Source of the DNA: Babesia bigemina
Lineage: Eukaryota
Assembly: GCF_000981445.1 (NCBI RefSeq)
Contig: NC_027216.1
Span: forward strand, 620,001-684,000
Length of the DNA: 64,000 nucleotides
Reading direction: 5' to 3'
The notes under the pieces were generated by a model that ran no database searches, was not told the DNA's origin, and worked only from the letters and a program-made list of their open reading frames with translations. Below are positions 21,403-32,184 of the stretch, one piece after another. Numbering within the stretch: position 1 is the stretch's first letter; each line of letters begins with the position of its first letter. Made by a program: the position numbers and the translations under genes.

Positions 21403-24400
21403 TTACTTTTTAAATGCTATTGACGATTTCACAGTCTTCTCTGCATTTTCATGCGTGCCAGACTTTTTAGGTTTAGAAGGCTTCACAGCCGGTGCACCTT
21501 TAGCAGCTTCAGTAGGTTTACCACCCTTTGTAGGCTTCACAGCCGGATCACCTTTAGCAGCTTCAGTAGGTTTACCACCCTTTGTGGGCTTCACAGCCGG
21601 ATCACCTTTAGCAGCTTCAGCAGGTTTACCACCCTTTGTAGGCTTCACAGCCGGATCACCTTTAGCAGCTTCAGTAGGTTTACCACCCTTTGTAGGCTTC
21701 ACAGCCGGATCACCTTTAGCAGCTTCAGCAGGTTTACCACCCTTTGTAGGCTTCACAGCCGGATCACCTTTAGCAGCTTCAGCAGGTTTACCACCCTTTG
21801 TAGGCTTCACAGCCGGATCACCTTTAGCAGCTTCAGTAGGTTTACCACCCTTTGTGGGCTTCACAGCCGGATCACCTTTAGCAGCTTCAGCAGGTTTACA
21901 ACCCTTTGTGGGCTTCACAGCCGGATCACCTTTAGCAGCTTCAGTAGGTTTACCACCCTTTGTGGGCTTCACAGCCGGATCACCTTTAGCAGCTTCAGCA
22001 GGTTTACCACCCTTTGTAGGCTTCACAGCCGGATCACCTTTAGCAGCTTCAGTAGGTTTACCACCCTTTGTAGGCTTCACAGCCGGATCACCTTTAGCAG
22101 CTTCAGCAGGTTTACCACCCTTTGTAGGCTTCACAGCCGGATCACCTTTAGCAGCTTCAGTAGGTTTCGATGGTTCGGAATGGTCTTCACATGTACAAAA
22201 GTCATCTTCTTTAACTGACTTGTCATGTTTTACACTATGCGAAGATTCTTCACATGTACAAAATTCATCATCTTTTACCGACCTTTGCTTTATAGGCTGG
22301 GCAATTTCTTCACCTTTACCAGATTTCTCCATAACAACCGGTTTCACAGACTGTTCAGAGCTACCAACTGTAGCAGGTTTTGATACTCCGGCAATTTCTT
22401 CACCTTTACCAGATTTCTCCATAACAACCGGTTTCACAGACTGTTCAGAGCTACCAACTGTAGCAGGTTTTGATACTCCGGCAGTTCCTTCACCATTACC
22501 AGATTTCTCCATAACAACCGGTTTCACAGACTGTTCAGAGCTACCAACTGTAGCAGGTTTTGATACTCCGGCAGTTCCTTCACATGTACAAAATTCATCA
22601 TCTTTAACCGACCAACTAGTTTTGACAGCATGTGAAGATTCTTCACATGTACAAAATTCATCATCTTTATCAAACTTTCCAGGTGCTGAAACATCCTTCG
22701 ACGATAAATCAGTATCCGATTTCGAATGTTTGGTCGTACGTCTAGATTTGGCAGACTTTCCAGGCAGTAACGATTTACTTGGCGGTTTATCAACTCCTGA
22801 CCTGGGACGCCTTCCAGCTGGTGAGTCAACTCCTGATCTCGGACGCCTCTTAGCAGGCACGTCAACACCTGACCTGGGACGCCTTCTAGCCGGTGAATCA
22901 ACTGCAGACCTTGTACGGCGTTTGATTGCGGCATCCACAGCAGACCTCGGACGCCTCTTAGCAGGCGCGTCAACACCTGACCTGGGACGCCTTCTAGCCG
23001 GTGAATCAACTCCTGATCTTGGACGCCTTCTAGCCGGTGAATCAACTCCAGACCTTGTACGGCGTTTGATTGCAGCATCCACAGCAGACCTCGGACGCCT
23101 CTTAGCAGGTGAATCAACTCCAGACCTCGGACGTCTTCCAGCAGGTGAATCAACTCCTGACCTGGAACGGCTCTTAGCCGGGGAGTCAACTCCAGACCTG
23201 GGAAGTCTTCCAGCAGGTGAATCAACTCCTGACCTCGGACGTCTTCCAGCAGGTGAATCAACTCCAGACCTCGGACGTCTTCCAGCAGGTGAATCAACTC
23301 CTGACCTGGAACGGCTCTTAGCCGGGGAGTCAACTCCAGACCTGGGAAGTCTTCCAGCAGGTGAATCAACTCCTGACCTCGGACGTCTTCCAGCAGGTGA
23401 ATCAACTCCAGACCTCGGACGTCTTCCAGCAGGTGAATCAACTCCAGACCTGGGACGCCTTCTAGACGGTGAATCAACTCCAGACCTGGGACGCCTTCTA
23501 GACGGTGAATCAACTCCAGACCTGGGACGCCTTCTAGCCGGTGAATCAACTCCAGACCTCGGACGTCTTCCAGCAGGTGAATCCACTCCAGACCTCGGAC
23601 GTCTTCCAGCAGGTGAATCAACTCCAGACCTCGGACGCCTCTTAGCAGGCGCGTCAACACCTGACCTGGGACGCCTTCTAGCAGGTGAATCAACTCCTGA
23701 CCTCGGACGTCTTCCAGCAGGTGAATCAACTCCAGACCTCGGACGCCTCTTAGCAGGCGCGTCAACTCCGGACCTCGGACGTCTCCTAGCCGGTGAATCA
23801 ACTGCAGACCTCGGACGTCTTCCAGCAGGTGAATCAACTCCGGACCTCGGACGTCTCCTAGCCGGTGAATCAACTGCAGACCTTGTACGGCGTTTGATTG
23901 CAGCATCCACAGCAGACCTCGGACGCCTCTTAGCAGGCGCGTCAACACCTGACCTGGGACGCCTTCCAGCTGGTGAGTCAACTCCTGATCTTGGACGCCT
24001 TCCAGCTGGTGAGTCAGCACCTGATCTTGGACGTCTTCCAGCAGGTGAATCAACTCCAGACCTGGGACGCCTTCTAGCCGGTGAATCAACTCCAGACCTG
24101 GGACGCCTTCTAGCCGGTGAATCAACTGCAGACCTCGGACGTCTTCCAGCAGGTGAATCAACTCCAGACCTGGGGTGCCTTCTAGCCGGTGAATCAACTC
24201 CTGATCGTGGACGCCTTCTAGCCGGTGAATCAACTGCAGACCTTGTACGGCGTTTGATTGCAGCATCCACAGCAGACCTCGGACGCCTCTTAGCAGGCGC
24301 GTCAACACCTGACCTGGGACGCCTTCCAGCTGGTGAGTCATCTCCTGATCTTGGACGCCTTCCAGCTGGTGAGTCAACACCTGATCTTGGACGTCTTCCA

Positions 24401-26763
24401 GCAGGTGAATCAACTCCAGACCTGGGATGCCTTCTAGCCGGTGAATCAACTCCTGATCGTGGACGCCTTCTAGCCGGTGAATCAACTGCAGACCTTGTAC
24501 GGCGTTTGATTGCAGCATCCACAGCAGACCTCGGACGCCTCTTAGCAGGCGCGTCAACACCTGACCTGGGACGCCTTCCAGCTGGTGAGTCAACTCCTGA
24601 TCTCGGACGCCTCTTAGCAGGCGCGTCAACACCTGACCTGGGACGCCTTCTAGCCGGTGAATCAACTCCTGATCTTGGACGCCTTCTAGCCGGTGAATCA
24701 ACTGCAGACCTTGTACGGCGTTTGATTGCAGCATCCACAGCAGACCTCGGACGCCTCTTAGCAGGCGCGTCAACACCTGACCTGGGACGCCTTCTAGCTG
24801 GTGAATCAACTCCAGACCTCGGACGTCTTCCAGCTGGTGAGTCAACACCAGACCTCGGACGCCTTCTAGCTGGTGAGTCAACTCCTGACCACGTGCGCCT
24901 CTTAGTAGGTGAATCAGCTCTAGTCCTCGGACGTCTCTCAGCAGGTGAGTCAACTCTAGACCGTGAGCGACGTTTGATTGCAGCATCCACAGCAGATCTT
25001 GGGCGCCTTCTAGCTGGTGAGTCAACTCCTGACCACGTGCGCCTCTTAGCAGGTGAATCAGCTCTAGACCTCGGACGTCTCTCAGCAGGTGAGTCAACTC
25101 TAGACCGTGAGCGACGTTTGATTGCAGCATCCACAGCAGATCTTGGGCGCCTTCTAGCTGGTGAGTCAACTCCTGACCACGTGCGCCTCTTAGCAGGTGA
25201 ATCAGCTCTAGACCTCGGACGTCTCTCAGCAGGTGAGTCAACTCTAGACCGTGAGCGACGTTTGATTGCAGCATCCACAGCAGATCTTGGGCGCCTTCTA
25301 GCTGGTGAGTCAACTCCTGACCACGTGCGCCTCTTAGCAGGTGAATCAGCTCTAGACCTCGGACGTCTCTCAGCAGGTGAGTCAACTCTAGACCGTGAGC
25401 GACGTTTAGTTGGTGAATCCATACCAGATCTACGAGTTCTTGCAGGCTTCGTAGATGGTTCTTCAACACCAGATCTACGAGTTCTTGCAGGCTTCGTAGA
25501 TGGTTCTTCAACACCAGATCTACGAGTTCTTGCAGGCTTCGTAGATGGTTCTTCAACACCAGATCTACGAGTTCTTGCAGGTTTCGTAGATGGCTCTTCA
25601 ACACCAGATCTACGAGTTCTTGCAGGTTTCGTAGATGGCTCTTCAATATCCGCTCTACGAGGTTTACCAGATTTATCAGATTTACGGTGTTCACTAGATT
25701 TTTCAGATTTACGACGTTTACCAGATTTACCGACTTTGCCGGGTTTACCAGATTTGCCGGTGTCTTCAGATTTACCGACTTTGCCGGGTTTAGTAGATTT
25801 ACCAGTTCTTGCAGGTTCTTCAATCTCCTCGATTTCGTCGGCGTCAGCCAAATCCATGATACCCCTAACTGGAGTTTCCTCAATTTCATCAGAGTCGGCC
25901 AATTCCATGATACCCTTACCTGCAGTTCCCGCAGTGTCGTCTGATTTTACGTCTCCAGGTTCTACATGCGCATCAACCTCCACATCCACTTCATGATCAC
26001 AACCATAGAAAGCCCAAAATCCAGCGATGTCATAGAGTGTGCTCAAGACTCTATAATTCACACTTCTTAACGCATTGCTTATATCCGGCCCACTCAAGTT
26101 ATTGCGGCATTCCGACTCTGAATAACCCAGAGCTTTCATTACTACATCCACACGCTCCGACTTATCTGTCAATGACCAATTCCAGGTTGAAACATTGCCC
26201 GCAGCCCTCAAAGACCGTAGGCCGGCGTATAACATAGGCGCGATTCCCACGAGGACCTGAGCGCAAGCCTCCGGGTCTGGCGCGCATGACTTCTCCCATG
26301 TCGCTTCCAAACTGTATGCAGACGTATACCGTGAAGGCTTTGTTATATCGTTCAATAAGACCTCACAACCACTCACAACCTCACCTACGTTTTTTGCGAT
26401 GTCTTTGGGTTTGACACCCCGGGTCTCTAAAACGTTCAAATAATCGCTTTCCTCGACACCCTTCGATTTCAAATCCTTCAATTTTAGTCTTCTTCTCAAG
26501 GTTGTAGTGTATTGTTTCAGTAGGTCTCCTACGAATGGCTGGCCCTTAAGCTCCGGTTTCTCCAGGAATTTCTGAGAAATACGTTTAACACTTTCGAGAG
26601 CTGGGAACTCCGCATAGCCGACAGGCTTGTCCGCAAGGAAGTTGTACAGTGCGGTGCCAATAGCCTTCAAATTGCTTGCAGCATTGGTTCCCCTCAGGGC
26701 CAACAGCCAGTCAATACCCTCCTTGAGGTTGTGAGGAGCCTCCGTCAACGAGTTGTAGATCAT
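21403..26763 (-). CDS. ves/VESA-like N-terminal domain fused to very long charged tandem repeats, 1786 aa, intronless
   Basis: Starts MIYNSLTEAPHNLKEGIDWLLAL, resembling the VESA1 N-terminal motif SLT..P.NLKE.IDW.L. About 250 aa of globular sequence precede four repeat arrays. No signal peptide or TM helix is visible. Confidence 0.9.
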   Translation of the reverse strand: MIYNSLTEAPHNLKEGIDWLLALRGTNAASNLKAIGTALYNFLADKPVGYAEFPALESVKRISQKFLEKPELKGQPFVGDLLKQYTTTLRRRLKLKDLKSKGVEESDYLNVLETRGVKPKDIAKNVGEVVSGCEVLLNDITKPSRYTSAYSLEATWEKSCAPDPEACAQVLVGIAPMLYAGLRSLRAAGNVSTWNWSLTDKSERVDVVMKALGYSESECRNNLSGPDISNALRSVNYRVLSTLYDIAGFWAFYGCDHEVDVEVDAHVEPGDVKSDDTAGTAGKGIMELADSDEIEETPVRGIMDLADADEIEEIEEPARTGKSTKPGKVGKSEDTGKSGKPGKVGKSGKRRKSEKSSEHRKSDKSGKPRRADIEEPSTKPARTRRSGVEEPSTKPARTRRSGVEEPSTKPARTRRSGVEEPSTKPARTRRSGVEEPSTKPARTRRSGMDSPTKRRSRSRVDSPAERRPRSRADSPAKRRTWSGVDSPARRRPRSAVDAAIKRRSRSRVDSPAERRPRSRADSPAKRRTWSGVDSPARRRPRSAVDAAIKRRSRSRVDSPAERRPRSRADSPAKRRTWSGVDSPARRRPRSAVDAAIKRRSRSRVDSPAERRPRTRADSPTKRRTWSGVDSPARRRPRSGVDSPAGRRPRSGVDSPARRRPRSGVDAPAKRRPRSAVDAAIKRRTRSAVDSPARRRPRSGVDSPARRRPRSGVDAPAKRRPRSGVDSPAGRRPRSGVDAPAKRRPRSAVDAAIKRRTRSAVDSPARRRPRSGVDSPARRHPRSGVDSPAGRRPRSGVDSPAGRRPRSGDDSPAGRRPRSGVDAPAKRRPRSAVDAAIKRRTRSAVDSPARRRPRSGVDSPARRHPRSGVDSPAGRRPRSAVDSPARRRPRSGVDSPARRRPRSGVDSPAGRRPRSGADSPAGRRPRSGVDSPAGRRPRSGVDAPAKRRPRSAVDAAIKRRTRSAVDSPARRRPRSGVDSPAGRRPRSAVDSPARRRPRSGVDAPAKRRPRSGVDSPAGRRPRSGVDSPARRRPRSGVDAPAKRRPRSGVDSPAGRRPRSGVDSPAGRRPRSGVDSPARRRPRSGVDSPSRRRPRSGVDSPSRRRPRSGVDSPAGRRPRSGVDSPAGRRPRSGVDSPAGRLPRSGVDSPAKSRSRSGVDSPAGRRPRSGVDSPAGRRPRSGVDSPAGRLPRSGVDSPAKSRSRSGVDSPAGRRPRSGVDSPAKRRPRSAVDAAIKRRTRSGVDSPARRRPRSGVDSPARRRPRSGVDAPAKRRPRSAVDAAIKRRTRSAVDSPARRRPRSGVDVPAKRRPRSGVDSPAGRRPRSGVDKPPSKSLLPGKSAKSRRTTKHSKSDTDLSSKDVSAPGKFDKDDEFCTCEESSHAVKTSWSVKDDEFCTCEGTAGVSKPATVGSSEQSVKPVVMEKSGNGEGTAGVSKPATVGSSEQSVKPVVMEKSGKGEEIAGVSKPATVGSSEQSVKPVVMEKSGKGEEIAQPIKQRSVKDDEFCTCEESSHSVKHDKSVKEDDFCTCEDHSEPSKPTEAAKGDPAVKPTKGGKPAEAAKGDPAVKPTKGGKPTEAAKGDPAVKPTKGGKPAEAAKGDPAVKPTKGGKPTEAAKGDPAVKPTKGCKPAEAAKGDPAVKPTKGGKPTEAAKGDPAVKPTKGGKPAEAAKGDPAVKPTKGGKPAEAAKGDPAVKPTKGGKPTEAAKGDPAVKPTKGGKPAEAAKGDPAVKPTKGGKPTEAAKGDPAVKPTKGGKPTEAAKGAPAVKPSKPKKSGTHENAEKTVKSSIAFKK
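21480..22168 (-). repeat. 54-bp (18-aa) tandem repeat x13, KP(A/T)EAAKGDPAVKPTKGG
   Basis: The marker TAGCAGCTTC recurs from 21501 to 22149, which is 12 periods of 54 bp. Confidence 0.97.
22300..22583 (-). repeat. 90-bp (30-aa) tandem repeat x3, AGVSKPATVGSSEQSVKPVVMEKSG(K/N)GE..
   Basis: AGATTTCTCC occurs at 22321, 22411 and 22501. Confidence 0.95.
22777..25404 (-). repeat. 36-bp (12-aa) tandem repeat x73, consensus RRPRSGVDSPA(G/R/K)
   Basis: The first unit starts at 25404 and the last at 22812; the difference of 2592 equals 72x36. Variant units include RRPRSAVDAAIK and RRTWSGVDSPAR. Confidence 0.97.
25425..25660 (-). repeat. 45-bp (15-aa) tandem repeat x5, RRSGVEEPSTKPART
   Basis: EEPSTKPART appears five times in tandem in the translation. 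Confidence 0.95.
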
Positions 26764-29700
26764 TTTGTGAAGACTCTTTATGTTAGGTGACTGCTATAAT
26801 CGTGTGATTTCTCGGCCTGTTTACAGGCCGCGCCTACATCGAGGTCAAAGCAAGCGCAGATGTTGTTGCCTTCTAATACACCCGCGCCATATCACTATCT
26901 ACAAAGTCGTATACACGCCATTTTGGAAGGACTTTAAGGCGTGATGACGACCAGGTCGCCGTTTCATAGCCGACTCCACACAACTAACGTGACATGCGTT
27001 ACGCGGAACGCGAGTCCTTCTCTGTGAAATTTTCACAGAAAACGAACACCTAGTGATGCTATATATGTTCTCTCGATTTTTTGAGGCGTATAGACGTTTA
27101 AAGGGCTGCTTTAGGTTGGGAGTAATGGTATATGGAGCCTGCAGCGCCCCGAGGTACCAGTTAGTTCTGAGCACTGCGGTGAGATAATAAGGAATGCGAT
27201 CATTTCTTGTACCGTTTTCTGTTATTGATTCAATTGATTTTGCTCCAAATGTACGCCGCCATTGTCGCTTGGAGTCTTGGCGTGGGTTGCCGTTGGTGAC
27301 GTGCTGCCATAGTAAGCCGTTGTGAATTGCGTTCTTTCCGGTGCGATTCTGCGGTATACCGTTACCTACTAAGACATGTAAGCACAGCGATCCTGTAAAT
27401 AATGCATCTTCTGAGCCGTCATCACGGCATACAACGGAATACAGCGCACTACCGTGTTCTGCTGCCACCGTGTGTGCTCGGCTGGTTTTGTTCGTATGGA
27501 GCCACAATACAACATACTAAGGTTAAAGCACAAGTTTACGCGTTATAGCACGACTTTTATATGCAGAACATGCTTTCCAAACATTTTAGCTCCTATACAG
27601 TGTGAGACAAAACTGCGCGAAGGTATGGCCATTGACGCATATAGAAAGTTATCATTTCTGTAGCATTTTAAACATTGTCTTGAGGTTACAGTACGCGTTT
27701 GCAATCTATCTTTACGTGATTATATCGTCAATCCTCTCATTTCCCCGAGCATGCAAATACAGCCGACATCTACGTGACACTCCTTCTAGCACTGTAAGGA
27801 CAATTGGATTTGCTAGTGATACTTTGAAGACTACCGTATTTTATTCTTAATCTTGTCGAAACAATTAATATATTGACGCTTAGGGTTTCATTTACGATGG
27901 GCAATGCCAACGATTCCCCGTCGTTAATTTTTGGGTAACCTTGATAAACATCCGTCAGAGATTGTACAGCACGTAATAAACGTATACTGTGTGTCAAATA
28001 TTTCCGTCAGGTTTGAGAATAAAAGCGTTACTGTACAGAATGCTAATTCAACCCATTGTCGAAACTTCTCAGAGTTACCATCCTATTATCAGTCTTATTA
28101 AGACACGTGTGTTTCACCGTCGTCAAATTACTGGCTACATACTTCTTTAATTGTTTTAGAAGATGAGATAACGCCAACGTGATTGCTGGAATGAAAGAGT
28201 TGAAGTCGCAATTTTTCTAAAGCAATGTCTCATTTTCATCCTTAAGGTCCTGATTAATTTATATCAAATTCCGATGGTTTTTGCCTTTTTATCTTCGAGA
28301 CGTGTCGTTTACCATTGTAGCAATCGGTACATAACGTCATCATCTTTCCGCCTTTCAACGTAGCTTGAAGGGTGAACAACTCCATCCTAATTTTGCAAAT
28401 GACATGTTTGATTATACAAGAAGCAGGATTAATCGTCCGTAATTGCAACTATTGAATCTTACCATGAATTGTCTCGATGCATTGGATATTTTTCTTACTC
28501 CTGCCATCAACAGGTAACAATAACAGATGGTCCATTACCTATGATAGTCAAATCTTTCAAATGGTCATTACATACGACTAGATGAGTGCTTGGAGGCTGA
28601 TTCAACGTACTCTTCATCGATGTCGTTATCTCGCCACGTTGTTTCTCCGCATGCATAATTTAGGACTCATCCTTTCTAAAACACCACTAACCTCAACTTT
28701 TAACATGATCAAATAACTGTTCATTTTTTGAGGTGGCTGCAACTGGTATAGTTTTTCATCGTCATATTTTGCAATTTCTGCGTAAGCTCGATTACCATGG
28801 CAACAACGACCTTCAAGATCTTACCATCCTTTTGATTAAAAGCTTTTTGCAGGTACTTATTATGTTGCCATGTTCCTATTGCGCTAATATTTTTTAAGCT
28901 TGTGTCAAAATTATATTGTCGTGAAAACAACAGTCGACCCATGGAATTGGCAACGCCCGAACAGACAACGTAACGACAGAATGGTATAGATCCTTGTTTT
29001 GACGATCCGACATTTGACTACGTATATCGATCGCAATACTGTGATGTAGTGGGGTGGCACAAAATTTCATCGTAGCTGATGGGATTGACCATCGTGCTGA
29101 CCTTGTGCATTTAGTAATATGCGATCATTAAACTTTCATAAATAGTGTATCGCTCCATGATTTATACAGCTGTCGATGACTTGTGATCATTTTAAGTAGT
29201 TATATGCAACTCGTTAATTATCACGCAGGCAATAATGACGTTTAATAGACAGTGTCTGTCTCATGTTTAGTGGGTGGATCTATTGTGTCCAATGTTACTT
29301 AATGCCGCTGCTGGAAATCTCAATGAAAAACAAACGAATGTTTATTTGAATGAGGACGTGCGGATATACGTAGAATGGCAGCGTGCGACGTTTGAAGCAG
29401 TACAAAAAACCTGGACCACCATGGGGAGCAGTACAGGTATGCGTCGTATTCCGCATATTTGTAGAGTAATATAGATTGTTTTACCGATGTCATTGTATAG
29501 TACAAATGCCCACATTTTTTTAAACCGTGTGTGGAAAACATTGTAGAATATTTTTCAGCGTAAGCTAAATAAGGATCGGAGGGCGCCTTTTTGTAACCTT
29601 ATAACACGTTGAACGGTTCCTTCATTACGGTATAAATCTTAGTGGCATCAAGTGTAAAGAAATGCCGCCACGACAGAAATTACGCCTACATGAGTAGAAA

Positions 29701-30819
29701 AATACTTTATCTCGATTTCCACACGCTCCAGTCATATTCCGATGTACATAATAAATCGATTTTAGTTGTTATGCTAACGAATAGACGATATGTGTTCTGA
29801 TACGTTGCAACATCTCGAGGAGGGAAATACGGGTGAAGCTCAACAAGAAGGAAGCATTCTTAATACCACTTCAGCCAATCCACATGAGAGTGAAGAACTT
29901 AGCTACAGCAGTCAAGCGACGGAGACATATGGTATTTGTCACGATAGTTATGAATTACTGTCTTCAATCTCAGCAACCACTGCAGGCACGTCAACGTATA
30001 TACTAGGGTCATTGGCTGCATGGAACCCGAGGCAGAGCGGCCATTGGACATTTTACATCTGTCAGATGTCTCTCGTATTGTACGATAATGACTATGGGTG
30101 TGATCAATTTTCATGTGCTGGCGACTTGAGCCCAGAACACAAAGACGACGATTCATGGTCCTATCACTCTTCCCCATGAGATACCTGGAAACGAAAATGA
30201 CACAGATTGTGATGAATACTTCGAATCATATTTTAACTGTCTCAAAATGCCTCCGGATGGTGAGAAACTCTATCATACTCCTTCCTGATTGCAACGGGTG
30301 CCAATGTCCATCCAGTGGCTCAGGTAGTTCTAATTTAGCTGTCAAATTACTACGGTTAATCACTAAAGCTCGTAGCATTAAATACTGGAATGCTTAACAT
30401 GTTTAACTGTATACAACTGTTTTAATTACGATAGAATGTAGTTTAATTTGGTGTACGGCAATTCAAGGTAGATGTCCAATTTAATTTGAAGTTGTGGCAC
30501 AGCAATTATACATGAGGGGCTGTTGTGTTGGTAGGATTTGTATGCTTATAATACATTAAGAACAAGTTCCTAGTGGTGTCATCTAACGGCAATAAGCCAT
30601 TAAGTCTTTTAGGAGTTAGCTTAGGCATTCGTTTAAGGTGCAAATACGACCCCGAAGAGAGAATTATCAGATTATTAGATTAAATGTTTGTTTTTTAGGT
30701 CGTATAACACGAAATGTAGCTATAATGTGTGTATACAGTGAAGTACAATGACGCCCTATTTATGGAATAAGATGCAAAATATATTCCACGTCCTTTCCAG
30801 TTCCACTATGATAGCAGCA

Positions 30820-32184
30820 CTACTGCCAAAACAGAATTTGCTTCTCATAGAAATTGCAGGAGATATAAACATTGCCTGATGGTAGCTCATAATGCGAAGC
30901 TCCATAAATGAGGGCATTATCAGGGGCGAACCGCTTTTTCAACTCGCAGGAAGTTGCTGACAATGGCTGTGCCTCACCCGTCTCCTCCGACGCGTATACC
31001 AGAGCTCCGTCATAACATCCAGCAACATGTAGCTTATTCCAATCCACGAAATCTATATACCACACGGCTCCATCTGTTTGCCAGACCGAAATTGGCGATT
31101 TCATGTTGCGCATATCAAATCGCATAAGGTGTCGATCGAAGCTGCAACATAATCTCTACATAGGTGTGAATATAATCCAACCTGCCAGTGAATAAGACAT
31201 TCGGATTTCTTTCGTGAAATTGTAGCGCGGTAACTCCTGATGAGTGGCTGACAAAAAAGTAAAGTATCGAGGAAAACGAAATACCACTTCAGAGTTTGGA
31301 GCGGCTCCGTGGCGATACGCCTGTCAAAAAGCTTTATTTGACTATCATCAGCACCTATTGCGCATTATTACATCACGTGAAATGCCCTACCGGTTAGGAG
31401 CACATTTGAGTTATCAGGTTGAAAAGTGCTTATCCACGTTTCTACTTCATGCGCCTTCCTGAATAAAATGATACAACATACAACAAGCTTCCGCACCATT
31501 TTTGCGCCATAAAACCATCCTGCACGATATACACATCACCGTCGGATGCTGTAACTGCGCATAAGCTGACGAATAATATAATGGACGCAAATTGTGACGT
31601 GCCGTGCATGCTTATCGTAGTGCGTGAGAGACAATCCAACCACATCGTTCTTGTTGTCCAGCTGTATTTCACCGAGTCGCTCCATGGATAACATCGGCGA
31701 ATCGTCGTTGTTTCTATTGTTGGCTTCCACCTTGAAAGTCTCGATGGTGAGGTTGGAGGTGACGCACGAAGCTCCATGGTGCTGCGTTGTTAACTTTGTA
31801 CGTAAAGTGACTCACATCAGGCAATTTAATCCAAGAACAAGAGAGAATACCGTGTGATCGCTGTTCCGTCACGGAATAGGCTGCAATACTTCCATCTTGC
31901 TTGACGTCGTTTTGCAACAACCTATTCAACCTGATTTCGAATGCTAAAGGCACGTACTGATGTACGGCGCACCACGGGTTAAAGGCCAGAAGGCTTCCTT
32001 CGCGGGACTTCGTTTCTGGACGGTAATCGTATGTGGCGGCTAAACATGTGCCCGTAAGTGTGTCATCTGCAGGTATATGTGATGAATTGCGAAAGGGTAC
32101 CTTGGAGAATATCGCTAGGGAACAGTTTAATGCAGTCAGGCTGTCCTTTGGTGTGAAGCGTGTGTATAACGTTGACAGACGCAT
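30820..32184 (-). CDS. DPH7: WD40 protein, diphthine methylesterase DPH7/WDR85-like, multi-exon
   Basis: CLAATYDY....REGSL, HGILSCSW, RFDMRNM, GAVWYI, LIYGA and C-terminal SCNFYEKQILFW match the DPH7 layout. Exon structure only partly resolved. Confidence 0.7.

Noticed and set aside
21480..25660. CRISPR-like or telomeric array
   Set aside because: Units are contiguous coding repeats with lengths divisible by 3 and no unique spacers; the context is eukaryotic; no telomeric repeat motif is present.
22524..25889. 1121-codon same-strand alternative frame (LELIHRLEGV repeats)
   Set aside because: Stop-free repeat units propagate an open frame. It has no unique domain and is confined to the arrays and adjacent low-complexity sequence.
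21455..25996. 1513-codon antisense ORF (LGRLLAGESTPD repeats)
   Set aside because: It lies in the frame sharing third codon positions with the real gene. Stops there need Tyr codons, or His/Gln after a T-ending codon, on the sense strand. The repeat region has no Tyr, and the ORF ends at the first Asp-His (GAT CAT). It is a compositional shadow with a non-ATG start.
26899..27507. 202-aa ORF upstream of the ves-like gene
   Set aside because: Non-ATG start and no protein-like features; probably promoter or UTR sequence.
27500..30800. Centromere candidate
   Set aside because: Only moderately AT-rich (roughly one-third G+C in a sampled line), less extreme than I would expect for apicomplexan centromeres. 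It cannot be excluded without CENH3 ChIP.
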